Under the pieces are notes generated by a model. It was not told the DNA's origin, did no database searches, and saw only the letters and a program-made list of their open reading frames with translations. A stretch of 52,315 bases of DNA, from positions 1-52,315 of the forward strand of contig JAQXRJ010000069.1 of NCBI GenBank assembly GCA_029218465.1. The letters are read 5' to 3'. Position 1 is the stretch's first letter. The number at the start of each line of letters is the position of its first letter. This document shows positions 9,560 through 19,381 of the stretch, one piece after another. This DNA is from a bacterium (GTDB lineage Bacteria > Bacillota_I > Bacilli_A > RF39 > UBA660). Made by a program: the position numbers and the translations under genes.

Positions 9560-10645
9560 TTGAATAAAGGTGTATTAGAAGATATTTTTATAAGTCAAGA
9601 ATTAAGATATTATGATATAACTAATATCTTCTTTGATGCACCAATAAATGATTTTCAAATCAATAATTTAAAGAATATTTTATTTTCTATTAATAATATT
9701 ACGCAAATATATTTTAGAGAAAACATCGATATAAAATCTATAGAAATTGTAAAATATTTATTGGAGATATCACCCACAATGAATGATAAAAATGTAGAAA
9801 AATATATATTAAACCCTTCAAAATTAGAATTGGATCTATTACTTAATTTAAATTTAGAAAATGAACAAACATGGTATATATCATTTGAGTATGAAAATAA
9901 TAGAGCTCAATTAATTAGTTTTAGTGAATATAAAATTATAAATAATGAACTAAATTGTATTATAACTAAACTTAAATTGAGCAATTTGTCACAAATAGAA
10001 AAGATATTAAAAATATATGATTATTGTAAATTAATAGAATTAAAAGATGAATATAATGACAATCTATCCACTTCATTGAAATTTAACATATCAAACAAAG
10101 AAGGATTAGTATGCATATTTCAATTATTACTAAAAAAGATAAATATTAAATCATTTATAGGGAATACTATAAATGATAATGAAAAAAATAAAACCGTTAT
10201 AATTGATGTAGATGATGATAAGTACAATATTAATGGAATATATTTATTTGATATATTGAATGATTACTTATATAAAGGTGATGTACCAGATAATATAAGA
10301 ACAATTAACTATAATTATTTTTGCATAAAATTAAATTATTATTCTAATACTATATTTCAAGATAGGTTAAGTGGTATTTTATATTACTTATCGCATGATT
10401 TGAATTATGATCTAGAAAAAATATATAATATTCCAAAAGATAGTATTAAATCTTTAGAAGAATCATTTGAATTAAATTATATTGATATTCATGATAGAAT
10501 AATAAAAACAACAGAAATAAGTGAAAATACAATGATTTCAATTATAACAAATGATTCTGAATTAGGGAAAATGATAAAAGACAATTACTTATCAAGAAAA
10601 GATAAACTTCATAAATATAATATATTAAAATTAAAAAATACTTAA
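9560..10645 (+). CDS. Hypothetical protein, possibly degenerate transglutaminase-like fold
   Basis: 361-aa ORF, TTG start after GAGG; segments LSQIEKILKIYDY, LLLKKINIKS, DDKYNINGIYLFD. Confidence 0.5.
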   Translation: MNKGVLEDIFISQELRYYDITNIFFDAPINDFQINNLKNILFSINNITQIYFRENIDIKSIEIVKYLLEISPTMNDKNVEKYILNPSKLELDLLLNLNLENEQTWYISFEYENNRAQLISFSEYKIINNELNCIITKLKLSNLSQIEKILKIYDYCKLIELKDEYNDNLSTSLKFNISNKEGLVCIFQLLLKKINIKSFIGNTINDNEKNKTVIIDVDDDKYNINGIYLFDILNDYLYKGDVPDNIRTINYNYFCIKLNYYSNTIFQDRLSGILYYLSHDLNYDLEKIYNIPKDSIKSLEESFELNYIDIHDRIIKTTEISENTMISIITNDSELGKMIKDNYLSRKDKLHKYNILKLKNT

Positions 10646-10649
10646 TTTA

Positions 10650-11009
10650 CTAAGTATTTTTATTTATTCCAATAATAGAACCTAAAACAGTTGATATTAT
10701 TGATATAATATAGAATATAAATATTTTGAGAGAAATATTGTTATTTAGTCCTAAATAATTAAACAAAAATGATATAATAATGAATATTAAAGATACTTTA
10801 AATCCCTCTAGATACCCCTTGTTAGTTGCATGCTTTCCTATATATATGCCACTAATAAATAAAGAAATAATTAAAGAAGACAACTTAAAATATGGCATTG
10901 AATTATTATTGATTATATTTGTATAGTTTAATATAGAAATAATTAAAGTTAAAATAACTATACTAATAAATAAACATAATAGGCTTTTTAAATATTTGAT
11001 TAAAAACAT
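10650..11009 (-). CDS. TIGR04086/YrzE-like 4-TM membrane protein
   Basis: 4 TM; ISGIYIGK...KGYLEG motif; divergent from a DUF421 gene. Confidence 0.8.
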   Translation of the reverse strand: MFLIKYLKSLLCLFISIVILTLIISILNYTNIINNNSMPYFKLSSLIISLFISGIYIGKHATNKGYLEGFKVSLIFIIISFLFNYLGLNNNISLKIFIFYIISIISTVLGSIIGINKNT

Positions 11010-11028
11010 ATAAACACATCCCTAATAA

Positions 11029-11057
11029 AATATATGTTTATGAATAAAAATATATTC
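11029..11057 (-). promoter_or_regulatory. SigE-like promoter for the TIGR04086 gene
   Basis: Minus strand GAATATA-N14-CATATATT; AT-rich background raises the chance of a random match. Confidence 0.4.
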
Positions 11058-11071
11058 TAGTTGACATAATA
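11042..11071 (+). promoter_or_regulatory. SigG/SigF-like promoter for the DUF421 gene
   Basis: GAATA-N18-CATAATA just upstream of the AGGAGG RBS. Confidence 0.5.
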
Positions 11072-11089
11072 AATATAGGAGGTTGAATT

Positions 11090-11740
11090 ATGGATTACTT
11101 AGTTGTTATATTTAGAACTTTATTTTTTTATATATTAATTACTACAATATACAGATTCATGGGTAAAAGAGAAATTGGTCAGTTAGGAATTATAGATTTA
11201 ATAGTATCTATTTTGATAGCAGAATTAGCAGCAATATCAATTGACAACCAAAAAGAAAGTATATTTTTATCAGTAATACCAATATTAATTTTAGTAGGAA
11301 TACAAATATCTTTATCATTTGCTTCTTTAAAAAACTCTAAAATAAGGAAGCTATTTGATGGAAATCCATCAGTAATAATAAACAAAGGTAAAATAAATTT
11401 TAATGAAATGGTAAAGCAAAGATATAATCTAGAAGATTTATTAACGCAGTTAAGAGAGAAACATGTTAGAAACATAGAAGAAGTTGATTACGCAGTATTG
11501 GAAACAAGCGGTAAATTATCGGTTTTTAAAAATGATGTTAAGGAAGTTGGTCAGTATCCTCTTCCTTTAATCCTTGATGGAGTAGTTGATAATGATACTT
11601 TAAAACAAATCAATAAAAATAATTCCTGGCTAAATAAAACTTTAAAAAAAGAAAATGTTGGCTTGAATGATGTTTTTTATGCATTTTATAGAAATGAAAA
11701 ACTATATATAATTAAATCAGATGAGTTAAAAAATAAGTAG
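11090..11740 (+). CDS. DUF421 (YetF/YrbG family) membrane protein
   Basis: RFMGKREIGQL, DLLTQLREK, YAVLETSGKLSV, LILDG motifs. Confidence 0.9.
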   Translation: MDYLVVIFRTLFFYILITTIYRFMGKREIGQLGIIDLIVSILIAELAAISIDNQKESIFLSVIPILILVGIQISLSFASLKNSKIRKLFDGNPSVIINKGKINFNEMVKQRYNLEDLLTQLREKHVRNIEEVDYAVLETSGKLSVFKNDVKEVGQYPLPLILDGVVDNDTLKQINKNNSWLNKTLKKENVGLNDVFYAFYRNEKLYIIKSDELKNK

Positions 11741-11821
11741 CCATATTTAATAAAAAAAGAAGCAAAATATTTTACTTCATATCTATCATGTTAGACAATT
11801 TAAGATTTCTTACACTTTCTC

Positions 11822-13261
11822 TTACGCACTATTTTTCATATCTTCTAATTTTTTTACTTTTTGGTTATTATATTTTAATGTTTTTTCGAATCTTTCACTA
11901 TATTTTTTTGCAATATTTTTATTATTATTTAGTTCAGTTTCTAATTCTTGTAATTTTTTATCTAATTGTTTGTATTCATCTATATTAGATGAATATTCAC
12001 TAAATTCTTTTTTAAATTTATTCTTCATATCTTTTATATCAACTAATGAGTTATCAATTTGACTTATCATATTCTTAGTTAAATCTATACCATTTTTTAT
12101 TTCCTTAGAATAATTTGTATATTTTATTGTCTTGATTTCTTTCTTTGTTTCTTTTTTTCTAATGAATTTGCTTGCAGAATTAATTGCAGTTAACATAAGA
12201 GATGTTCTTAATATATTACCACTAAAAGTACGTGGTATTTTTTTTGACAATGAAACAATTATTGCTGCTTCAATTAATTTAGTAAAGTCTGTGATATAAG
12301 ATGTTTCTGTTTCCAGCCTAGTTTGTATATTTTCAGATTTTTTAATTTTTTCATTTAAATCATTTAATATTGTATCTTGTTTTCTATTAAATTTATCTAT
12401 AAAATCATTTACTTCTTCGATATTGACAAAATCTTCTTTTAATTTTTCAAATTCTTCATCCCTTATTTCAAATTTATCTAATTTTTCGTCAATTTTTAAA
12501 TTAATTTCATCTTTATCTTTTTCAATATTAACAATCTTTTCAATAATACTTACATATTCATTAATAAGTTTAAAGTCATCCTTAATAATTTCTACATTTT
12601 CTTTATCTTTTAATTCATCTTTATATTCAACGATTAAATCCTCAACAATTTTATCATCAATTTCAATAAAGTTAAACTCATCACTCGAAAAATATTTTCT
12701 TTTAAGTTTATCAAATTTATCAATAAGTTTTTTAAATTCTAATTTAATTTTTTGAGTTTCATCAAGTAAAACTTCGTCTTCTTCTTTTTCATTTAATATT
12801 TTGATTGAATATTCAAAATCCTCAAGTTCTTTTATATCTTGTTTTATCATTTTTTCTAATTGAACTATTATTATTTCTTGCAATTTTTCTTCGTTTAAAA
12901 CAGTTATTTCCTCAAAATTATCCTCAGCATCAATGATTGGAGTGGGTATAAAATACTCATTAACTGTTTGCTTTTTTTCTATTTTAATTTCACTGTTTTC
13001 ATTATCTTCAGTTTTATATTCTTCGATATTTTTTTCTTCATCTAAATAATGTTTTTTTTCATCTAGATTTAAATCTAATGATATGTGTTTTTCTAAGGCC
13101 TGCTCTTTTTTTAGCAATTCAGAATTAGTATAAAAATATTGTTTTTTTTTCTCATTTTGTTTATCGTTTAAATTTTCTTCATCAGTTTGTTTTTTTTTGC
13201 TTCCTTTTGAAAAAAACAACTTAATTATACTTTCTTTATTACCGCCCTTTTGACCATTCAT
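11822..13261 (-). CDS. Hypothetical coiled-coil protein
   Basis: 479-aa E/K-rich ORF; ATG overlaps the stop of the upstream lipoprotein gene. Confidence 0.7.
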   Translation of the reverse strand: MNGQKGGNKESIIKLFFSKGSKKKQTDEENLNDKQNEKKKQYFYTNSELLKKEQALEKHISLDLNLDEKKHYLDEEKNIEEYKTEDNENSEIKIEKKQTVNEYFIPTPIIDAEDNFEEITVLNEEKLQEIIIVQLEKMIKQDIKELEDFEYSIKILNEKEEDEVLLDETQKIKLEFKKLIDKFDKLKRKYFSSDEFNFIEIDDKIVEDLIVEYKDELKDKENVEIIKDDFKLINEYVSIIEKIVNIEKDKDEINLKIDEKLDKFEIRDEEFEKLKEDFVNIEEVNDFIDKFNRKQDTILNDLNEKIKKSENIQTRLETETSYITDFTKLIEAAIIVSLSKKIPRTFSGNILRTSLMLTAINSASKFIRKKETKKEIKTIKYTNYSKEIKNGIDLTKNMISQIDNSLVDIKDMKNKFKKEFSEYSSNIDEYKQLDKKLQELETELNNNKNIAKKYSERFEKTLKYNNQKVKKLEDMKNSA

Positions 13262-14115
13262 TATTCAAGTCCCTTTCTAATAAGCTCTATGTTTTCATTC
13301 ATTATGGTTACATAGTTTTCTTTTTTGTCTCTTTCTTCATCAGTAAGATTATCAATTTTATCAATTGTTATTATATTTATGTCAGTTTGATTTGTTATTT
13401 TTTTTAGGTATTCTGACTCATTGTCATTTTCTAATATATATATATATTTTATATCCTCTGTTTTAATTGCTACTATTGCATCTGTTAGTGACTTGTCATC
13501 ATTAATATATATCGTTTTTAAACCATATTTAGATAGAAATTGTAAAGATGGAGACGATGTAATCAAAGTAGTTTTTTTTGATTCTTGTATTATATTTTTT
13601 ATATCAGCATCTAGTTCAGATAGTTCTAGTTTTAAGTTTTCATATTGATTATTTATTTCATCTATAATATATTTACTTGAAATTATTTCTTGTAAACCAT
13701 TTTTAATATTTTGGCTTATCATAAGTAAGTTAGAGGGATTAAGCCATAATTCTTCAATTCCATATGTATATTCCATACCTAAGTTTGAATCCATTATCAA
13801 TATGTTTTTGTTTCTATTAAGTAAATTTAATGCTATTTCTTTATCGTTGCTTAAACCATTATATACAAATAAATCTTGTTTACTTAGATCTTTATATTTT
13901 TTTTCTGTAAGTTTATAATTATTAATGTCAACACCATCAGGATATATTGAATTTATAACAGAGTTTTCTCCATATAATTTAGTTAATATGTATTCAAGAG
14001 GATATGAAGTCGTAATTATATTTATATCTTCCATATTGTCTCTTTTTAAACATCCTGTAGTAAAACCAAATAATAATGCAATTATAATTAATTTTAATAA
14101 TATATTATTTTTCAT
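13261..14115 (-). CDS. ZnuA/AdcA-fold (cluster A-I) solute-binding lipoprotein lacking the metal-binding histidines
   Basis: Lipobox TTGC; IITTSYP, YPDGVD, DLFVYNG, WLNP, Y..IM..N motifs; start moved to ATG 14115 after AGGAG. Confidence 0.8.
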   Translation of the reverse strand: MKNNILLKLIIIALLFGFTTGCLKRDNMEDINIITTSYPLEYILTKLYGENSVINSIYPDGVDINNYKLTEKKYKDLSKQDLFVYNGLSNDKEIALNLLNRNKNILIMDSNLGMEYTYGIEELWLNPSNLLMISQNIKNGLQEIISSKYIIDEINNQYENLKLELSELDADIKNIIQESKKTTLITSSPSLQFLSKYGLKTIYINDDKSLTDAIVAIKTEDIKYIYILENDNESEYLKKITNQTDINIITIDKIDNLTDEERDKKENYVTIMNENIELIRKGLE

Positions 14116-14332
14116 ATTTTCTCCTTTTTGGTACGGGATCAATCCCTCCTTTGCTAAAAGGATTGCACCTTAATATTCTTTTTATTGTTAAAAATATTCC
14201 ATAAATAAGTCCGTATTCTTCTAAAGCTTCAATTGCATAATTAGAACATGTTGGAATATATTTGCAAGCATAATGGCTTCTAAAAGATATTGATTGATAT
14301 TTTTTTATTAAGTAAATAATTATCTTTTTCAT
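14105..14332 (-). CDS. yidD: Membrane protein insertion efficiency factor YidD
   Basis: [11 protein letters not shown]...[17 protein letters not shown]. Confidence 0.95.
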   Translation of the reverse strand: MKKIIIYLIKKYQSISFRSHYACKYIPTCSNYAIEALEEYGLIYGIFLTIKRILRCNPFSKGGIDPVPKRRKYEK

Positions 14333-14397
14333 AAGTCACCTAAAATAATTTTACTATTAAAAGGCATTTTTATCAATCTTTTTATGTTTAAAGATAT

Positions 14398-14427
14398 CAA
14401 AAAAGACTGTTGTATGTAAACAGCCTA
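14398..14427 (-). terminator. Intrinsic terminator of the 43-aa small ORF
   Basis: Minus strand AGGCTGTT-tacatac-AACAGTCT followed by a T run. Confidence 0.65.
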
Positions 14428-14453
14428 TATTTTAGAAAAATTTATTTATATTA

Positions 14454-14585
14454 TTAACAATGACCATTATTTTTTCCGCAACCATTGTTACCCCAGAATA
14501 GGAATAATATTATAAACACAATAAGAACGATCCATAGCCAGCTACCATTATCGTTATTATTGTATGTTGGATATCCATAATACAT
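14454..14585 (-). CDS. 43-aa single-TM small protein (not in ORF track), MYYGYPTYNNNDNGSWLWIVLIVFIILFLFWGNNGCGKNNGHC
   Basis: AAAGGAGAG RBS, ATG, hydrophobic core, downstream terminator. Confidence 0.8.
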   Translation of the reverse strand: MYYGYPTYNNNDNGSWLWIVLIVFIILFLFWGNNGCGKNNGHC

Positions 14586-14713
14586 ATATATCTCTCCTTT
14601 CGATATATTATATTTAAATGTTTGTTTATTGAAACATAATATATACCTATAAATAAATATTTTTGAATAATTAATAATATAATTTGATAGATATGTATAA
14701 TTGGAGGATTTAA

Positions 14714-15016
14714 ATGAGTTTACCTAATGTATCATCAAAAACTTACTCATTAAGTGCTATAATATTTGGATATTTATTAATTGATGATTTAACCGCGAAT
14801 GAACAAAATGCATTAGGAAATTGGCTTATGTTAACTGCCCAGGTGTTATGTACAAATGCATTTTATAGGCAAGTACAAGCTGAAAGAATGAATACAAATA
14901 TTAATAGAAATGGTAATAACAATTACGTAAATAATGATACTGATAGTATTGAAATGTTAGAAAAAATGATTATTGCAATTCAAAGAGAGATAGAAATACT
15001 AAAAGAAAACAAATAA
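14714..15016 (+). CDS. Hypothetical protein
   Basis: GGAGG RBS; LTANEQNALGNWLML segment, Asn-rich linker, C-terminal coiled coil. Confidence 0.75.
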   Translation: MSLPNVSSKTYSLSAIIFGYLLIDDLTANEQNALGNWLMLTAQVLCTNAFYRQVQAERMNTNINRNGNNNYVNNDTDSIEMLEKMIIAIQREIEILKENK

Positions 15017-15084
15017 TAGAATTGTATTTTAAATATTTTATAATATATAATAATATACATACTGAAAATTGAATAAATATTAAA

Positions 15085-15516
15085 TTATTTTTGTTCAATT
15101 TCAATTTTAAAACTATATAAAACAGTTGTATCTTTATTTATAGAGTTATATTTATCAACTTCAACATATTGAATAAATAAAGACGTTTTATCATTATGTA
15201 ACATACAGTTTATATATCCATCTTTTAAAATATCAGGATTAGTTAATTTGTTGCTTGAATCAACATCAGAATATCTCCAGTCAATTATAAAATTATTTTC
15301 TTCAAGCATTTTAACATAATTTATATACTGCTCCAAGGTAATTTGAGTATCTGTGTAAAATATTTCTTTTGAATCTTTTTTTATACTTCTATCAAAATTA
15401 AATGAAGGCATAATATCCACTTCTAAAGGCCATTCAATAAGTAATTTTTTATTCTCCTTATTTGAGCATCCAATAATTAAAAATAAAAGTGTAATAAATA
15501 ACAATATTTTTTTCAT
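15085..15516 (-). CDS. Hypothetical lipoprotein
   Basis: MKK + hydrophobic stretch + IIGC lipobox; GAGG RBS. Confidence 0.75.
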   Translation of the reverse strand: MKKILLFITLLFLIIGCSNKENKKLLIEWPLEVDIMPSFNFDRSIKKDSKEIFYTDTQITLEQYINYVKMLEENNFIIDWRYSDVDSSNKLTNPDILKDGYINCMLHNDKTSLFIQYVEVDKYNSINKDTTVLYSFKIEIEQK

Positions 15517-15602
15517 AAAAAACCTCTATTAAAATTATAACACGAAATTACTATTTAAAAAAGAATGAATAAGTGATAAACTAATATAGAGGAGTTGTTA
15601 AC

Positions 15603-16409
15603 ATGGAAAAAATAATTGAAAAGATAGTAGATGGTTCGATAGAACTGGTATGGAAGGTATTTTTAGCAATTTTAATTATTGTTGTTGGATTTAAAATAGT
15701 TGAATTTATTATATCTAAAATTCAAAGAGGAAAAGGATTTAACAAATTAGAAAAAAGTTCACAAACCTTCATTTCAAGCATATTAGTTGTATCTTTAAAA
15801 GCCATAATAGTAATTATAGCGATCACAAATTTAGGAATACCATTAACTTCAGTAATAACAATTTTAGGATCAGCAGGACTTGCGTTAGGACTTGCATTAC
15901 AAGGAGGACTTAGTAATATTGCAGGTGGAGTTATGATAATGCTATTTAAACCATTCAAGGTTGGTGATTACATTGATACGCATACTGATAGTGGTACTGT
16001 TAAGGAAATCAACATTTTTCACACAGTGTTAACTACAATAGATAATAAAACAATAGTACTTCCAAATGGAAATCTGTCAAATACTGTAATAGTAAACTAT
16101 ACTAAAATGAAAAATAGAAGGGTAGACATTAATGTATCTGTTGGTTATGATTCAGATATAGATAAAGTTAAAGATATATTATATAAGATTGGAAACAATA
16201 ATAAATATAAGCTAAAAGATAAAGAAGTTTTTGTAGGTCTTTTAGAGCATTCTGATTCATCATTAATTTTTACATTTAGAGTATGGGTATCAAGAGATAA
16301 TTATTGGGATGCTAAATTTGAACTTTTAGAACAAATAAAAAAAGAATTTGACAACAACAAAATTTCTATACCTTTTCCACAACTCGACGTACATATAAAT
16401 AACAAATAA
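15603..16409 (+). CDS. mscS: Small-conductance mechanosensitive channel
   Basis: GLALGLALQG.LSN.AGG, KPFKVGD, IPFPQLDVH. Confidence 0.93.
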   Translation: MEKIIEKIVDGSIELVWKVFLAILIIVVGFKIVEFIISKIQRGKGFNKLEKSSQTFISSILVVSLKAIIVIIAITNLGIPLTSVITILGSAGLALGLALQGGLSNIAGGVMIMLFKPFKVGDYIDTHTDSGTVKEINIFHTVLTTIDNKTIVLPNGNLSNTVIVNYTKMKNRRVDINVSVGYDSDIDKVKDILYKIGNNNKYKLKDKEVFVGLLEHSDSSLIFTFRVWVSRDNYWDAKFELLEQIKKEFDNNKISIPFPQLDVHINNK

Positions 16410-16712
16410 ATAATAAAATATAAAATAATCAATTATATAAAAGCTTTATCTTTTTTAAGAATAGATTATTATTTACAATGCATATAGACTTTTATGTAAC
16501 TATAATAATTTTAAAAAATAGCTTTCTATGATTGCTAAAAGTAATTAAATAATATTAATGACTAAATTAAAATAAAATTTTTATGTACAAATGCTCAAGA
16601 TAATATATAATTTATACATTACTATAAAAAATTAAATGAACTAATTAAGATTAATTAATTTTAATCTTTTTATTTTTTCATATTTATTATATAATTAAAT
16701 AAGAATAGAGGG

Positions 16713-19088
16713 ATGAATGTGGAAAAAATTTTAACTGATGAAATGATAGACAAAATGGATAAATATTTTAGAGCGGCTAATTATTTGTCAGCCTGTCAAT
16801 TGTATTTGTTAGATAATCCATTATTAAAAAGGAAACTACTTGCTAGTGATATAAAAAATACTATTGTTGGACATTGGGGAACTGTTCCTGGACAAAATTT
16901 TATTTATTTGCATTTAAATAGAATAATAAAAGAACATGATTTAAATATGATATATATTTCTGGACCAGGACATGGTGGTAATGCTATTGTTTCTAATACA
17001 TACTTAGAAGGAACATATAGTGAAGTATATCCAAATATTTCAGAAGATGAATTAGGCCTAAAAAGGCTATTTAAACAGTTCAGCTTTCCAGGTGGAATAT
17101 CTTCACATGTTGCTCCAGAAGTACCAGGATCAATAAATGAGGGTGGAGAACTTGGATATAGCTTATCTCATGCTTTTGGTGCAGTTCTAGATAACCCTGA
17201 CTTAATTGCCGTGTGTGTAGTTGGAGACGGAGAAGCAGAAACAGGTCCACTTGCAACTTCTTGGAAAGGGAATAAATTTTTAAATCCCAAATCTGATGGA
17301 GTAGTACTACCAATATTACATTTAAATGGATATAAAATTGCTAATCCAACTGTTATGGCAAGAACATCTAATGAAGAACTTGAAAGTTTCTTTATTGGAA
17401 ATGGTTATAAACCATATTTTGTTGAAGGAGATAATTCACATAAATTACATGAATACATGGCATCTACTTTAGAGCTTGTGCTAGAAGACATAAAAAAAAT
17501 AAAAAATGGAGAACAATTAACGAATATAAAATGGCCTATGATAATATTAAAAACTCCAAAAGGATGGACAGGCCCTAAAGAAGTGTCTGGTAAAATTATT
17601 GAAAATACTTTTAGAGCACATCAAGTACCTATTGTTATTGATAAAAATAACGAAGAAAGTATTAATTTACTTGAGACTTGGCTTAGAAGCTATAAACCAG
17701 AGGAGTTATTTGACGAATTTGGAAAATTAAAAAAAGAATTAAAAGAACTTGCCCCAGTTGGAACCAGAAGAATGGGATCTAATCCTAATGCTAATGGAGG
17801 ATTATTGCTTAAAGATTTAAGATTTCCTAATTTTAGAGATTACTGTTTAGAATTTAACGAACCAGGATGTATTGAAGCTCAAGACATGATGGAACTTGGA
17901 AAATATGTTAGAGATGTAATTAAACTAAATAAGGATAATAAAAATTTTAGGGTATTTGGACCTGATGAAGCGTTATCTAACAGATTAAATTGCATATTTG
18001 AAGAAGAAAAAAGATCATGGAACTGTAATACTTTAGAAATAGACGAATTTTTATCTCCAAATGGAAGAATAATTGATTCTTATTTATCTGAACACTTTTG
18101 TGAAGGATTATTAGAAGGATATTTGTTAACAGGTAGACATGGTTTTATGCATAGCTATGAGGCTTTTATAAGAATAGTTGATTCTATGACAAGTCAACAT
18201 GCAAAATGGCTAAAAATTGTTAATAATTTATCGTGGCGCAAAGACATTTCATCACTTAACTATGTTCTTGCATCTCACGTATGGCAACAGGATCATAATG
18301 GATATACTCATCAAGATCCTGGATTCTTAAATCATTTGGTCACAAAAAAGTCGGATATTGTAAGAATGTATTTGCCTCCTGATACAAATTGTTTATTGTC
18401 TTGCTTTGATCACTGTATTAAAACAAAAAACTATATAAACGTAATAGTAGCATCAAAGCATCCAAGACCACAGTGGTTGACAAAAGAAGAAGCAATTATA
18501 CATTGCACAAAAGGTGTAGGTATATGGCAATTTGCTTCTAATGATTATGGTCAGGATCCAGACATAGTCTTAGCTTGCTGTGGTGATACGCCAACATTAG
18601 AAACTATTGCAGCAAGTGAAATTTTAAGGGATTTTTATCCGACTATAAAAGTAAGAGTTGTAAATGTAGTTGATTTAATGAGACTTGAATCAAATCAAAC
18701 CCATCCACATGGTCTAACAGATGACGAATATAACGAAATATTTACAACTAATAAGCCAATAATATTTAATTTTCATGGATATCCATCATTAATACATCAA
18801 TTAACATATAAGAGAAAAAATAAAGGATTACACGTTCATGGATATAAAGAAGAGGGTACTATAACTACACCATTTGATATGAGAGTTCAAAATGAAATAG
18901 ATAGATATCATATAGTGATGGATGCTTTAAGGTATTTACCAAAATTAGGTAATACAAGAGCAAGTTTATATGAATACTGTCAAAATAAGTTAATTGAACA
19001 CAAAGAATATATAAGAGAATACGGTACTGATTTAGATGAAATAAAAAATTGGAAATTTAAAAAGATTGACGATATAGAAATAATATAA
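16713..19088 (+). CDS. xfp: Xylulose-5-P/fructose-6-P phosphoketolase
   Basis: GHWGT, GPGHG, EGGELGY, TPP motif [20 protein letters not shown]. Confidence 0.97.
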   Translation: MNVEKILTDEMIDKMDKYFRAANYLSACQLYLLDNPLLKRKLLASDIKNTIVGHWGTVPGQNFIYLHLNRIIKEHDLNMIYISGPGHGGNAIVSNTYLEGTYSEVYPNISEDELGLKRLFKQFSFPGGISSHVAPEVPGSINEGGELGYSLSHAFGAVLDNPDLIAVCVVGDGEAETGPLATSWKGNKFLNPKSDGVVLPILHLNGYKIANPTVMARTSNEELESFFIGNGYKPYFVEGDNSHKLHEYMASTLELVLEDIKKIKNGEQLTNIKWPMIILKTPKGWTGPKEVSGKIIENTFRAHQVPIVIDKNNEESINLLETWLRSYKPEELFDEFGKLKKELKELAPVGTRRMGSNPNANGGLLLKDLRFPNFRDYCLEFNEPGCIEAQDMMELGKYVRDVIKLNKDNKNFRVFGPDEALSNRLNCIFEEEKRSWNCNTLEIDEFLSPNGRIIDSYLSEHFCEGLLEGYLLTGRHGFMHSYEAFIRIVDSMTSQHAKWLKIVNNLSWRKDISSLNYVLASHVWQQDHNGYTHQDPGFLNHLVTKKSDIVRMYLPPDTNCLLSCFDHCIKTKNYINVIVASKHPRPQWLTKEEAIIHCTKGVGIWQFASNDYGQDPDIVLACCGDTPTLETIAASEILRDFYPTIKVRVVNVVDLMRLESNQTHPHGLTDDEYNEIFTTNKPIIFNFHGYPSLIHQLTYKRKNKGLHVHGYKEEGTITTPFDMRVQNEIDRYHIVMDALRYLPKLGNTRASLYEYCQNKLIEHKEYIREYGTDLDEIKNWKFKKIDDIEII

Positions 19089-19090
19089 TA

Positions 19091-19144
19091 AAAAAGTAAA
19101 CATTAGTTTTGAATTTATATAATATAAAAATGTTTACTTTTTTT
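19091..19144 (+). terminator. Probable terminator after xfp
   Basis: aaaaagtaaacatt ... aatgtttactttttt inverted repeat with a large loop. Confidence 0.55.
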
Positions 19145-19235
19145 ATAAATTATACAAATGAGATAATAATTTTTCAAGATATATGCTTTGCAAAAAAGCA
19201 TTATTGAAAAGAAAAATAATTATGATAAAAATAAC

Positions 19236-19326
19236 GAAAATTAAAAGGATTGTTCCCTGTAAATTGCAGGCTACAATCCTATATTAGAAACTATTCATAA
19301 ACTATATAATTTTTAAGATTAATATA
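19236..19326 (+). mobile_element. Degenerate IS3-family (IS150-like) 3'-end relic, copy 1
   Basis: Translates KLKGLFPVNCRLQS, like an IS3 OrfB C-terminus; near-identical to 21225-21289; terminal IR eroded. Confidence 0.7.
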
Positions 19327-19381
19327 AATCAATTAGGGTTTAATTATATTTGCTGTATTTACTTATTATTTATAAATATTG

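Noticed and set aside
16410-16712. 300-bp intergenic region before xfp as ncRNA or riboswitch
   Set aside because: Extremely AT-rich with no convincing stems, known aptamer motif or RBS-led ORF.
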